Below, one piece after another: positions 34,776 to 45,054 of a stretch of 64,000 bases of DNA (position 1 is the stretch's first letter; every line of letters begins with the position of its first letter). This stretch comes from Alphaproteobacteria bacterium (lineage in GTDB: Bacteria; Pseudomonadota; Alphaproteobacteria; UBA828; JAPUJA01): positions 11,783 to 75,782 of the forward strand of contig CAVOEB010000004.1 in NCBI GenBank assembly GCA_963694715.1. The letters run 5' to 3'. The notes below the pieces were generated by a model. The model worked only from the letters and a program-made list of their open reading frames with translations, ran no database searches and was not told where the DNA came from. Position numbers and translations under genes: made by a program.

Positions 34776-34953
34776 CGGCGGGGGTATGAATCCTATAATC
34801 TTCTAAAGGGTCAGTGGGCAGACATTTCGCGTTTTGGGGGCTTGCAGTCGAGCGAGTGGAGGCGAAAGGGGGGCTCGATCCCGACCAGGGCCCGTTGCGG
34901 CCGGGACGTTCCGTCGAGGGCAGGAGCCCCGCGACAATGAAGAAGAGGACCAC

Positions 34954-36066
34954 ATGACCAACACCAAGAACATCGATTTCGGGTTCGTCGCCACTGCGGT
35001 CGGCGCGCCGGGGATTACCGACGCCGAGGGCTATCGCGGCCTGATGGGCGATTGCGAATATAATCTCGGCCTCGGTTACAGCACGATATGGATGATCGAG
35101 CATCATTTCAGCGATTATTTCCCGACGCCCAATCCCATGGGCATGCTGATGAACCTGGCCGCCCGTTTCCCTGAAGCCGCGCTCGGCACCTGCGTAGTAG
35201 TGACCCCCTGGCACAACGCACTGCGTTTCGCCGAGGACGTCAACCAGCTCGCCATGCTGACCGACAGGCCGCTCCATCTCGGTATGGGCCGAGGCGTCGC
35301 CAAGGCCGAGTACGACGCTTTCTCGATTGAGATGGACGAGGCGCAGACCCGCTTCCGCGAGATCTGGGAGGTCGTCCAGCACGGCATGAACGGCAAAAAA
35401 TTCAGCTATGACGGCGAATACATCAAGGTGCCCAAGGAGGTGCTGCTGCGCCCGGTTCTCGAGCAGGGCCGCGCCGACACGATCAATTTTTATGGCGCCA
35501 TCGGCAGCCCAGATACCGCAGTACGCATGGCTGACATGGGCCTGCCGCCGATGTGCACCACCATCGGTAATTTCGAGTCCCAGGCCCAGACCATCACCAA
35601 CTGGCGCAACCAGGCGTTCAAGAACGGGATGAACGTCGAGGGCCTTCGCATCCCGATCATGGTCAATGCCATCGTCGCCGATACGGATGAAGAGGCGATC
35701 AAGGAAACCAAGCAGTGGCTGCCGCCGTTCATGCAGGCCCAGGTCGACCATTACGAGGGTGACAAGGACAATTGGCAGTATCTCGAGACCTACAAGGCGT
35801 GGAGCAAGATCTTCGCGGGCATGAAGGATCGCTGCAATCCCGAAGCGATGCCCAAGTGGAGCGAGCAGCAATTCGTCGGTTCGCCCGAAACCGTGATTGG
35901 CCGGGTCCAGGCTTATATCGATGCGGGTTTCGACACCTTCCTCGTCCATACCGCGACGCCGGGCGTTCCCAACGAACCGCGCCGGCGCTGGTGCAAGCGG
36001 TTTGCTGAAGAGGTCATGCCGGCCTTTTCCGGTCAGGTCGAGGTCGGGCTCAAGCTCGCCTCGTAA
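34954..36066 (+). CDS. Luciferase-like (LLM) flavin-dependent monooxygenase
   Basis: IWMIEHHF, PWHNALRFAED, LGMGRG, FVGSPETV; RBS gagg. Confidence 0.88.
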   Translation: MTNTKNIDFGFVATAVGAPGITDAEGYRGLMGDCEYNLGLGYSTIWMIEHHFSDYFPTPNPMGMLMNLAARFPEAALGTCVVVTPWHNALRFAEDVNQLAMLTDRPLHLGMGRGVAKAEYDAFSIEMDEAQTRFREIWEVVQHGMNGKKFSYDGEYIKVPKEVLLRPVLEQGRADTINFYGAIGSPDTAVRMADMGLPPMCTTIGNFESQAQTITNWRNQAFKNGMNVEGLRIPIMVNAIVADTDEEAIKETKQWLPPFMQAQVDHYEGDKDNWQYLETYKAWSKIFAGMKDRCNPEAMPKWSEQQFVGSPETVIGRVQAYIDAGFDTFLVHTATPGVPNEPRRRWCKRFAEEVMPAFSGQVEVGLKLAS

Positions 36067-36235
36067 GGCGCGAAGGGGTCGCCCGCTAGGCGCCGGGCGT
36101 ATTCATCGGACAGGCGGCGGGCCCCCCGGGGGGGGGTCTGGCCGCCGTCGTATTCGAGGTGTCCTGCTTGACCGGACGCCACCAATTTTCTAAAGAGCGG
36201 TGAACGGCGTGAAACGCCGAACTAGGGAGAACGCC

Positions 36236-37168
36236 ATGCAACCCCACCCCAAGCTCCAGGAATTGCTCGATATGCCTGCCGATCTGGACGCCACGCCGGT
36301 CGAGGATATGGCGCCCGACGTGGCCCGCGCCGAATTCGATTCGGCGCTTGGTTCAGTCGACGGCGAGAAGCCGGATATTTACGCGGTGCGCGACATCGAG
36401 GTGCCCGGCCCTGACGGCGCGATCGCGGTGCGGCTTTACGAACCGGCGCCGGCCGAGGGGCTGCGGCCGCTGCTGGTCTATTACCACGGTGGCGGTTATA
36501 TCCGGGGCAACGTCGGCACGCATGATTCGAGTTGCCGGATCCTGGCCAACAGCTCGGGCTGCCTGGTCGCCTCGGTTGAGTATTCCCTCTCGCCCGAGAG
36601 CAAATTTCCCGACGCGATCGAGGAGTGCTTCGCCGCGACCCGGTGGCTCTCGGAAAATGCCGCCACGATCGGTGCGGACCCGTCGCGCCTCGCGGTGGGC
36701 GGCGACAGCGCGGGCGGTAATATGGCCTGTGCGGTTACATTGATGGCGCGCGACGCCGGCGGACCCGTCATCAAGTTTCAGCTGCTGATTTTCCCCAACA
36801 CCGATATGAGGGCCGATAACGAGTCCGTGCGCGCCTTCTCGAAGGGCTATTGGCTCGATTCCATGCCCTTTTATGTTACGAGCTATCTGCGCTCGGAGGC
36901 CGACATCGAAAACCCGCTGGCCTCGCCCTTGCGCGCGCCCGACTTCTCGGGCCTGCCTCCTGCTTATGTAATGACCGCGGGCTTCGACCCGCTGCGCGAC
37001 GAAGGCAAGGCCTATGCCGACCGACTGAGCGCGGCGGGCGTCGCGGTGGAGTATCGCTGCTACGACGACATGATCCACGGTTTTACGCTGTTGCGTACGA
37101 TTCTCGAGGAAGCCGACGAGGCGGTGGCCGCCTGCGGCGAAGCGGTCAAGTGCGGCCTGGATGCCTGA
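36236..37168 (+). CDS. HSL-family esterase/lipase (alpha/beta hydrolase)
   Basis: HGGG, GDSAGG, FDPLRDEG, MIHGF. Confidence 0.92.
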   Translation: MQPHPKLQELLDMPADLDATPVEDMAPDVARAEFDSALGSVDGEKPDIYAVRDIEVPGPDGAIAVRLYEPAPAEGLRPLLVYYHGGGYIRGNVGTHDSSCRILANSSGCLVASVEYSLSPESKFPDAIEECFAATRWLSENAATIGADPSRLAVGGDSAGGNMACAVTLMARDAGGPVIKFQLLIFPNTDMRADNESVRAFSKGYWLDSMPFYVTSYLRSEADIENPLASPLRAPDFSGLPPAYVMTAGFDPLRDEGKAYADRLSAAGVAVEYRCYDDMIHGFTLLRTILEEADEAVAACGEAVKCGLDA

Positions 37169-37964
37169 CGTGGCCGGCACGGCGGCGTTTGGCGAGCGTG
37201 CGGGATTTAGCGGGCGGCATTACGTAGTGAGCGGCGCGGGCCGGGGCATCGGCCTTGCCGTGGCGCAAGGCTTGCTAGCCGCCGGCGCTGACGTTACCGC
37301 ACTTTACAAGACGACCCGGCCGGACGGGCTCGACGCGGGACCGGGCTGCGCCGCCATCGTGCAACTCGACGTGACTGACGAGGCAGAGGCCACGGCGGTA
37401 ATGCGCGATGCCTATGAGCGGGTCGGGCGGCTCGACGGGTTGGCCAACGTTCATGGGATCAATATCTGGGACCGGGACGGCTCGATCCTCGAGGGTGATA
37501 TGGAGGGCTGGCAGGAGGTTCTCCAGACCAATCTGACAGGCACGGCCAATACCGCGCGTGCCGCCGTGCCGTGGATTCGCAAGACCGGAGCGGGCGCGAT
37601 GGTCCATTTCTCGTCGATCCAGGGCCTGCGCGGTGACTATCAGCCCCAGGACGGCTATGCAGTCTCGAAGGCGGCTATCCTGGCGCTCTCGAAATCGCTA
37701 GCGATCCAGCTGGCGGGAGATAGCATTCGTTCGAACGCCGTGCTGCCCGGTTACGTCGACACGCCGATGAACGATTTTCGCTGGGTGAACGAGGCGGGCC
37801 AAAAAGATCGTTCGGCACAGATGGTGCCGCTCAAACGGGTCGGGTCGCCTGAGGAAATCGCCAATGTTTGCCTGTTTCTGCTGTCGGACCTGGCGGCTTA
37901 TGTCACCGGTACGGAAATCATCGCCGATGGCGGGCTGACGGCGCTGCCGGCCGTGGGAGCGTAA
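37161..37964 (+). CDS. Short-chain dehydrogenase/reductase
   Basis: SGAGRGIG, YAVSK, VLPGYVDT. Confidence 0.9.
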   Translation: MPDVAGTAAFGERAGFSGRHYVVSGAGRGIGLAVAQGLLAAGADVTALYKTTRPDGLDAGPGCAAIVQLDVTDEAEATAVMRDAYERVGRLDGLANVHGINIWDRDGSILEGDMEGWQEVLQTNLTGTANTARAAVPWIRKTGAGAMVHFSSIQGLRGDYQPQDGYAVSKAAILALSKSLAIQLAGDSIRSNAVLPGYVDTPMNDFRWVNEAGQKDRSAQMVPLKRVGSPEEIANVCLFLLSDLAAYVTGTEIIADGGLTALPAVGA

Positions 37965-37973
37965 CCCTACAGG

Positions 37974-38734
37974 TTAGCCAAGCTTGACGGCCGGGGCGTC
38001 TGCGCCACTCGCATCGAGCATGTGTTGGCGCGTCTGGTCGCGCTGCATCTCGACATGGTTGATTATCTGGGCTGCGGCGGCCTCGGGATCTTGTTGCTCG
38101 ATCGCCCGGTAGATGGCCTCGTGGTGATCGTTGGCGTCTTTATGGATGACACGGAACAGCGCGGCTACCGGCATCCACATGGCCATGCGGACCTCTTCCA
38201 CCGCGCTTACGAGAAACGGGTTCCGCGACGCCTGGGCGATACCGATATGGAACGCGGCATCGGCTGAAAGGAAGAGCGGCAGGTTCTCGCCGGATCGTTG
38301 CGATTCTCGGCTGTGGCGGTCAGACCGTTCATCCGTTTGATCAGTGTCTGGGGGGCGCGTAAATCGCTTTCGGTGCGGCGGCTCACCGCTTGGCGCACGC
38401 TGGCCGCCTCGATGGCGAGGCGGTAGGCGCTGACGTTCTCGATGGTATCTTCATGCTCGGTCAGCAGGCGATGATATTCGCCGGCGCTGACGTGCTGGGT
38501 GCGGATCAGGGTGCCGCCGGTCGCACCCCGGCGGATTTCGACGAAGTCCTCGGCGACGAGAATGCGGATGGCTTCGCGCAAGGTTGCGCGCGAGACGTTG
38601 AGCTGGCGCGCAAGCTCGCGCTCGCGGGGCAGTTTTCCGCCGGGCACGAAACGCCCCAGCATGATCGCGCGGCGAATCGCTTTGGCGACGACCTCGTAGG
38701 TGGCGCTGGCGTTGATCGGCTCGAATTCAGATAC
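37974..38734 (-). pseudogene. GntR/FadR-family regulator pseudogene
   Basis: LPRERELARQLNVSRATLREA HTH; FCD domain split by frameshift near 38200-38300; apparent start is GTA. Confidence 0.8.
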
Positions 38735-38814
38735 GTTGTGGCTCTCGTCCCTCGTCCGCGGCCACCGGCTGGCCCCCGCCGGGCGCATGCCATAATAGTC
38801 CATATATCGTCGTA

Positions 38815-39680
38815 AGGGGTAGTCACCACGGTAGAGGCCGTCGAGTTCGAGGTTCCGGGCGCCACCCTGCGGGGCCGTCTGTTCCGCCCGGCGGGAACCG
38901 ACTGGTCGGTGCCGCTGATCGTCACGTCACCCGATCTTACCAGGTCATCGACATGAACCTCTATAGCTTCGCCGTGCGTTTCGCCGAGGCGGGCCTGGCC
39001 GCGCTGCTCTACGACCAGCGTAACTTCGGACGCAGCTACGGCGAGCCCCGCCAGGAGGCCGACTCCTGCGCACAGGTTCACGACATGCGCGACGCCATCA
39101 GCTTTGCACGGCACTTGGCCGGCATCGATCCCGAGCGGATTGGGCTGTGGGGTACAAGCTATTCGGGCGGTCATGCCCTAGTCGTGGGCGCGCTCGACCG
39201 GCGAGTCAAATGCGTCGTTGCCCAGGCTCCTTTAATCTCGGGCTACGCCACGCTGCAAAGCTGGATGAGGCCCGAAGAACTCGACGCCCCGATCGCGGAT
39301 TGCCTGGCCGCCCGCCGCGCCCGCGCAGCGGGCGCGGCCCCGGTCATGACGCCGGTGGCCCAACTGGGATCGGTCGAGGCGGCGTGGGTCGCGGCCACCG
39401 ACCCCACGGGCGCCTTCACCAACGGCCTGACCTTGCCAGCCGGGAGTTGATTGTTGAATACGAGCCGGAAGGCTTCGTTGCGCGGATCGCGCCGGCGTCG
39501 CTGCTGATGATCGTGGCTTCCTAGGACGTGGTGACCCTGGTCAAGGGCCAGCGCGAGGCCTTCGCGCAAGCGGGCGAGCCCAAGCGCCTGGTCGAGATCG
39601 AGTGCGGTCATTTTGATGTCTGTTCGAGCCATCTCGACGCGGCGCAAATGCGGCACGCGAATGGTTTTGCGCCCATTTGG
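38815..39680 (+). pseudogene. Alpha/beta hydrolase (peptidase S15/YcjY-like) pseudogene
   Basis: YDQRNFGRSYGEPRQE, GLWGTSYSGGH, EPKRLVEIECGHF; frameshifts, TAG near 39522, N-terminal deletion. Confidence 0.75.
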
Positions 39681-39818
39681 CGGGCACCCGGCCTTGACTT
39701 GGGGCCGTTCAGGCCAACAATACGCTGCAAAGGTCCAATCTATGAGCACTTCGCCGGGATCGTCCGGTTCCGTTAGCGGCGAAAATCGTAGGCAATTGTG
39801 TAAACGGGAGACTTGTTG

Positions 39819-41249
39819 ATGGCACAGAAGCGGGTTCAGACTGGCAAGCCGGCGGGAATTTTTGCCCCGGCCAAATTGGCGGCAAAGCGGAAAAAATTTG
39901 ACGGCGCGATCCGGAAGATGAAAGCCAAGGGCGCCGAGTTTATCTATTACGAAATCATCAACTACCAGGGCCTGCCCCAGGGCAAGATGACCCATATCGA
40001 CCGGCTTTCACCCGCCGGTGTCGGTTTCTCCAACGTCTATTTCGCCGTGACCTACGGCCCCGAAGTGTTCGTTGCGCCCGATTACGCGAATTTCGACGAC
40101 GGCTTTCCCAACGTTTATGCGATTCCCGATCTCGACACCCTGTGCCAGTGGCCGTGGGCGCCCCAGAGAACGTCGGTGCTGTGCGACGCCTACTACGAGG
40201 ACGGTACGCCCAACATGTACTGTCCGCGCAACGTGCTCAAGAGCCTGGTCGAGCGCTACGACAGGCTCGGCATAGAGGTTCGTATGGGCATCGAGTACGA
40301 GGTTTACGCCTACAAGATCGACGAGCAAAAGCTCCGCGAAAAGCGCTACGACGAGCTTGAGCCGCTGGGTGAGATTCCCGATTTCTGGTCGTTTCACAAG
40401 AATCCGAGCTACTTCCCTTACGCCGAGGAGTTTATGCGGCGGATGGAGGGGGTTGGGCTGCCGGTCGAGGTGGTCCACACCGAGCTCGGCAACGGCTCGC
40501 TGGAATACGCCATGCGCCCGCAATCGGCGCTCAAGGCCGCGGATGCCGCGATGCGCTCTAAGCTCTATCTCAAGCAAATGATGGGCGATGAGGGCTACAT
40601 CATCACCTTTATGACGATGCCGCGTGCGGACGAGTTGGGCTGCGGCGGCCACCACCATGTCTCCTTGTGGAAGAACGGCAAGCCGCTCCTTTACGATCCC
40701 AAGACCGGCGATCTCTCGAAGATCGGCGGGCAATTCGTGGCGGGAATCTGCGAGACCCTGCCCGACTTGCATCTGCTCATGCGCACGACCATGAACGCCT
40801 ACCGCAGGATCGATGTCAGCCACTGGACCCCCGAATGCAATGCCTGGGGTTACGACAACAAGTGCTGCGCCATGCGCTTCATCAAGGGAACCTCGCCCTC
40901 GACCTATCGTTTCGAGAACCGCACGCCGGGCGCCGACGTCAATCCCTACCTCTCGGTTTCGGCGATGCTCGCGGGCGGGCTCTATGGCATCGAGAACAAG
41001 CTCAAGCCGAAACCGCCCCAGGAGGGCACGCCCGATCTCAAGGATCCGCGCTGGAAACCTCTTGCAACGACCCTGAAGGGTTCGGCCACGGCGCTGCGCA
41101 AATCGAAGATCGCGCGCGGCTATCTCGGCGACGACCTAGTCAACCGCGTTCTCTATAAGACCGAAGCAGAGCTCGAGTCCTGGGGCAAGCGTAAGCTCGG
41201 CGACAAGGTCACCGAGTGGGAGCTTGATCGCTACTTCCAGTCGGCGTAA
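39819..41249 (+). CDS. Glutamine synthetase-like gamma-glutamyl-amine ligase (divergent)
   Basis: GIEYE, HTELGNGSLE, GGHHHVSL, NAYRR, RFENRTPGADVNPYL. Confidence 0.85.
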   Translation: MAQKRVQTGKPAGIFAPAKLAAKRKKFDGAIRKMKAKGAEFIYYEIINYQGLPQGKMTHIDRLSPAGVGFSNVYFAVTYGPEVFVAPDYANFDDGFPNVYAIPDLDTLCQWPWAPQRTSVLCDAYYEDGTPNMYCPRNVLKSLVERYDRLGIEVRMGIEYEVYAYKIDEQKLREKRYDELEPLGEIPDFWSFHKNPSYFPYAEEFMRRMEGVGLPVEVVHTELGNGSLEYAMRPQSALKAADAAMRSKLYLKQMMGDEGYIITFMTMPRADELGCGGHHHVSLWKNGKPLLYDPKTGDLSKIGGQFVAGICETLPDLHLLMRTTMNAYRRIDVSHWTPECNAWGYDNKCCAMRFIKGTSPSTYRFENRTPGADVNPYLSVSAMLAGGLYGIENKLKPKPPQEGTPDLKDPRWKPLATTLKGSATALRKSKIARGYLGDDLVNRVLYKTEAELESWGKRKLGDKVTEWELDRYFQSA

Positions 41250-41303
41250 CGGGCCATAACGAGGCGGGGGCGTTCGCGCCACCGTCCGAAGGGAGAGGGT
41301 AAA

Positions 41304-42086
41304 ATGAATTTTGATGGCAAATGCGCCATCGTTACCGGTGTAGGCGGCGGCATCGGGGAGCAGGTCGGGCTCGATTTGCTCGGCGCCGGAGCCAGGGTCG
41401 CGCTGGTCGATATCAAACCCGAGCCCGAGGGTTTCGCAAAATTTGGCGATCGGCGGCTCTATATCCAAGGCGATTTGTCCGACAGCGGGTTCGTGAACGG
41501 TTTGTGCGACCGGGCGGTCGAGTCTCTGGGCGGGCTGGATTACGTGGCCAACGTCGCGGGCATCGCCTTCTGGGGCGGCGGTGCTATCGGCGATGACGGG
41601 TCCGTGGTCGATCTCGACTGGCGGGTCTGGGAGAAGACCATGGAGATCAACCTCGATGCGGCGGCGTTGATCTCGCGTCACGCGGTGCCCCATATGCGCA
41701 AGCGGGGCGGCGGCGCGCTGGTCCACATCGCCAGCGTCTCGGGTGCGCGCTCCCACGACAACATGATGGAATCGGGTGCGCTCGATGCCTACCAGGTTTC
41801 GAAGGCCGCGGTGATTTCGCTCTCGCGCGCCATCGCGCTCTCGCATGGGCGCGAGAACATCCGCTCCAACTCCATCTGTCCCGGCGCCATCTGGACGCCC
41901 ATGACCGACGCCATCTACCAGCAGGAAGGGCGCATCGAGAAGATGGCGAACCGCACGCCGATCCACCGGGTCGGCACGCCCAAGGATATTTCCAACGCCT
42001 GTCTGTTCTTGCTCTCGGACGAGGCGTCATTTATCACGGGTACGGAATTGATGGTCGATGGCGGCCTAATGGCGAAGCTATGCTGA
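41304..42086 (+). CDS. Short-chain dehydrogenase/reductase
   Basis: TGVGGGIG, NVAG, YQVSK, ICPGAIWT. Confidence 0.9.
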   Translation: MNFDGKCAIVTGVGGGIGEQVGLDLLGAGARVALVDIKPEPEGFAKFGDRRLYIQGDLSDSGFVNGLCDRAVESLGGLDYVANVAGIAFWGGGAIGDDGSVVDLDWRVWEKTMEINLDAAALISRHAVPHMRKRGGGALVHIASVSGARSHDNMMESGALDAYQVSKAAVISLSRAIALSHGRENIRSNSICPGAIWTPMTDAIYQQEGRIEKMANRTPIHRVGTPKDISNACLFLLSDEASFITGTELMVDGGLMAKLC

Positions 42087-42114
42087 CCCGAGCACCCAAA
42101 CGGACTTTTGCACG

Positions 42115-43227
42115 ATGAGCCAGGTCGATCCGACCTTGAAGGCACGCGACGATGGCCCGCTGGTCCACCACGAGGGCTTCGGCGGGTTAATCCGCCGTGG
42201 CGGCTGGGACGAGCAGGGTATCTCGACCTTCCGCCTCGCCGCACAGGCGTTCGGGGATGGCCGCTTCGAGGATGCGGCGGATCTCGCCCGCTACACGGTG
42301 GAAGAGGCGGTCGAGGGCCACGAAATCTATGACGCGGGGATCGAGTCGGTCCCGGAATATATGCGTGCTCACGGCGTCGGCGACGCGGTGATCGAGGACG
42401 AAATTCGCCAGATCAAGGTGCTGCTCGACATGCCCGACGGCACGCCGTTAGACCAGGAGGCAGGCTGGCAGGCCTATCGTGACCTGATCGACCGTTTCGT
42501 TGCACTGTGCCGCTCGGGCGGCGGGGCCGAGGGGCTCGACCTGCTGGAGTCCGCACGCGTCACCTGGCTTCAGTTTCACGATCGAAAATGTGACTGGCTG
42601 TGCGGCCTGTTCGCGGCCGCTGCGCGCCATCTGGGCGAGGAGCACACCATCGCCATCTGGGACGAGTTGATAGGCTCTATGTATCCGGCCTACGCACGCT
42701 TCGACATCGACAAGCGGCCGTGGGCGGATTCGCTGGACGAGATGTTGCATATGGCGGTGTTCGCGCTGCGCGGGCATCTGAGCGGGCCCGGGCGGATGGG
42801 TGATGTCAACATCGTCGAGGAAGAGGATCGCTGGCGTATCGAGTTCGACCCCTGCGGCTCGGGCGGGCGCACCATGCGGCCCGACCCGGACCAGAACCTG
42901 GGGGCGCGCATCGAGCCGCCGTTCAATCACGCGATCGCCGAGGAAGAGCACGATTGGAGCTGGAACCGCAAGGGCGTCTGCCTCTATTGCACCCATTGTT
43001 GCCAACTTGGCCAGCGCAAGCCGATCCAGCTACTGGGGTATCCCGCCCGTGTGATCGAGCCACCGGTCTGGCCGTCGGACGATCCCAACCCCAAATGCGC
43101 CTGGATCGTCTATAAAGACCCCACCAAAGTGCCCGAGCGCTATTACCGTGAAGTCGGCGAGGAAAAGCCTGACAAATTCGGGATGGCCGCGACCCAGCGA
43201 CGCCGCGAAGCCAAGGGACAGGGCTGA
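42115..43227 (+). CDS. Uncharacterised Cys-motif protein (DPCGSGGR; CxYCxHCC)
   Basis: 370-aa ORF with host-like codon usage inside the operon; clustered C-terminal Cys/His. Confidence 0.8.
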   Translation: MSQVDPTLKARDDGPLVHHEGFGGLIRRGGWDEQGISTFRLAAQAFGDGRFEDAADLARYTVEEAVEGHEIYDAGIESVPEYMRAHGVGDAVIEDEIRQIKVLLDMPDGTPLDQEAGWQAYRDLIDRFVALCRSGGGAEGLDLLESARVTWLQFHDRKCDWLCGLFAAAARHLGEEHTIAIWDELIGSMYPAYARFDIDKRPWADSLDEMLHMAVFALRGHLSGPGRMGDVNIVEEEDRWRIEFDPCGSGGRTMRPDPDQNLGARIEPPFNHAIAEEEHDWSWNRKGVCLYCTHCCQLGQRKPIQLLGYPARVIEPPVWPSDDPNPKCAWIVYKDPTKVPERYYREVGEEKPDKFGMAATQRRREAKGQG

Positions 43228-43273
43228 CGCGACCGTCAGCCTCTCATTCAGCGCCAACGAACAAAGGTTATTT

Positions 43274-44389
43274 ATGTTGGAGGGCTATCCACTCGCCACC
43301 GTGGACGAAATCATCGAAGAGGCCCGTAACGGCCGGATGATCGTGCTCGTCGACGACGAAAACCGTGAAAACGAGGGCGACCTCGTCATCCCGGCACAAC
43401 TCGTCACTCCGGATGCGATCAACTTCATGGCGAAATTTGGCCGCGGTCTGATCTGCCTGACGCTGACCAGTGAGCGGGTTGGTGAGCTGGGCCTGTCGCT
43501 ACAGAAGGTGCACAACGCGTCGGAGTTCGAGACGGCGTTTACCGTGTCGATCGAAGCACGCGATGGTGTGACCACGGGGATATCGGCGCCTGATCGCGCC
43601 CAGACCATCCGTACCGCGATTGATCCCAACACGACCGCCGACGACATCACCACGCCGGGTCACGTGTTTCCGCTCGAAGCGCGCTCGGGCGGCGTGCTGT
43701 TCCGCGCCGGGCATACCGAGGCCGCAGTCGATATTGCACGGCTTGCCGGACTGGTGCCCGCCGGCGTGATCTGCGAGATCATGAAAGAAGACGGCACCAT
43801 GGCCCGTCTGCCCGAGCTCGCCGCCTTCGCCCAGACCCACGCTCTCAAGCTGGGGTCGATCGCCGATCTCATCGCCTACCGGGCGCGCCACGATCCGACC
43901 GTCCGGCGCGTCGCGGAAACCACGATCCGGTCGCGCTTCGGCGGCGAGTTCCACACCATCGTCTATCGCAATGATGTCGACGCGACGGAACATATCGCGC
44001 TGATCAAAGGCGATATCACGACATCGGAGCCCGTGCTCGTGCGAGTCCACGCCGTCAATATACTGAGCGACGTAATTTGGGACATGTTCGAGCATCGCGA
44101 CGGCGACTTCCAGGCGGCTTTGGCGGCGATCGGCGAGGAGGGGCGCGGAGTGGTCGTTCTGGTCTTCGAGTACGAACCTTACCCCTCGGAGCGGATTTTG
44201 GGGCGGAACGGCGAACGCGACCGGGGCCCCGGTGAGCTGCGCGAGGTCGGCGTCGGGGCGCAAATCCTTCGCGATCTGGGTGTCCACGAGATGGAATTGC
44301 TCAGCTCTTCGCCCAAGCCGGTTATTGCGCTGGAGGGCTTCGGCCTGCGTATCGTCGGCCACCGCGCCTACAAAGCCATCGATGTCTGA
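43274..44389 (+). CDS. ribB: DHBP synthase with degenerate GTP cyclohydrolase II domain (RibBX)
   Basis: DDENRENEGD, TTGISAPDR, RAGHTEA, GVICEI; C-domain VLVRVH lacks the zinc-binding Cys residues. Confidence 0.9.
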   Translation: MLEGYPLATVDEIIEEARNGRMIVLVDDENRENEGDLVIPAQLVTPDAINFMAKFGRGLICLTLTSERVGELGLSLQKVHNASEFETAFTVSIEARDGVTTGISAPDRAQTIRTAIDPNTTADDITTPGHVFPLEARSGGVLFRAGHTEAAVDIARLAGLVPAGVICEIMKEDGTMARLPELAAFAQTHALKLGSIADLIAYRARHDPTVRRVAETTIRSRFGGEFHTIVYRNDVDATEHIALIKGDITTSEPVLVRVHAVNILSDVIWDMFEHRDGDFQAALAAIGEEGRGVVVLVFEYEPYPSERILGRNGERDRGPGELREVGVGAQILRDLGVHEMELLSSSPKPVIALEGFGLRIVGHRAYKAIDV

Positions 44390-44502
44390 GGCCCGGCGAT
44401 ACGGAGCGACCGGTCACCGCGTTGACCCTCCCGTTTATAGGTGCCTAAGTTATACCTTAGGTGCCTTTAGGCGGCTCCGCAGGCTGCCTGAACTTGGGAC
44501 AA

Positions 44503-45018
44503 ATGGTCGATTCAGGAAAGAATTCAGATATGGTAGGTGGCGACCAGTTCCGCGGCGGCATGCGCCATCTGTGCACCGGCGTAACGATCATCGCGACGGG
44601 CGCGGGCGAGGCGCGCAAGGGGCTGGCGGCCTCAGCAGTCTGCTCGGTGTCCGATGAGCCGCCCATGCTGCTGGTCTGCGTGAACAAGAGCGCCAGCGCG
44701 CACGATTCAATTCTCGATAGCGGGGCGTTTTGCGCTAACGTACTGGCCCAGCCCCATTCCGAGCTGGCCAAGATTTTTTCATCGAGCAAGCGGGCGGACG
44801 AACGGTTTGTGACCGGCGAGTGGATCACGCTTGCAACCGGTGCGCCCGCGCTGGCCGACGCCCTGGCCTGCTTCGATTGCCGGGTTCACCACACCATCGA
44901 GGCGGGCAGCCACACGGTAATATTCGGCGTCGTCGAGGCGATGCATCAGGGCGCGGAACGTCCGCCCCTGCTCTACGGGTACAGCCAGTTCGGCGCCTAC
45001 GCGCCGGTCGGATTTTAG
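44503..45018 (+). CDS. Flavin reductase (HpaC/RutF-like)
   Basis: SVSDEPPMLLVC, FCANVL, AGSHTVIFG; start uncertain (alternative 44530). Confidence 0.88.
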   Translation: MVDSGKNSDMVGGDQFRGGMRHLCTGVTIIATGAGEARKGLAASAVCSVSDEPPMLLVCVNKSASAHDSILDSGAFCANVLAQPHSELAKIFSSSKRADERFVTGEWITLATGAPALADALACFDCRVHHTIEAGSHTVIFGVVEAMHQGAERPPLLYGYSQFGAYAPVGF

Positions 45019-45054
45019 CCAGACAGCAACCAGATTAATCGGAAAGCACAGGCA

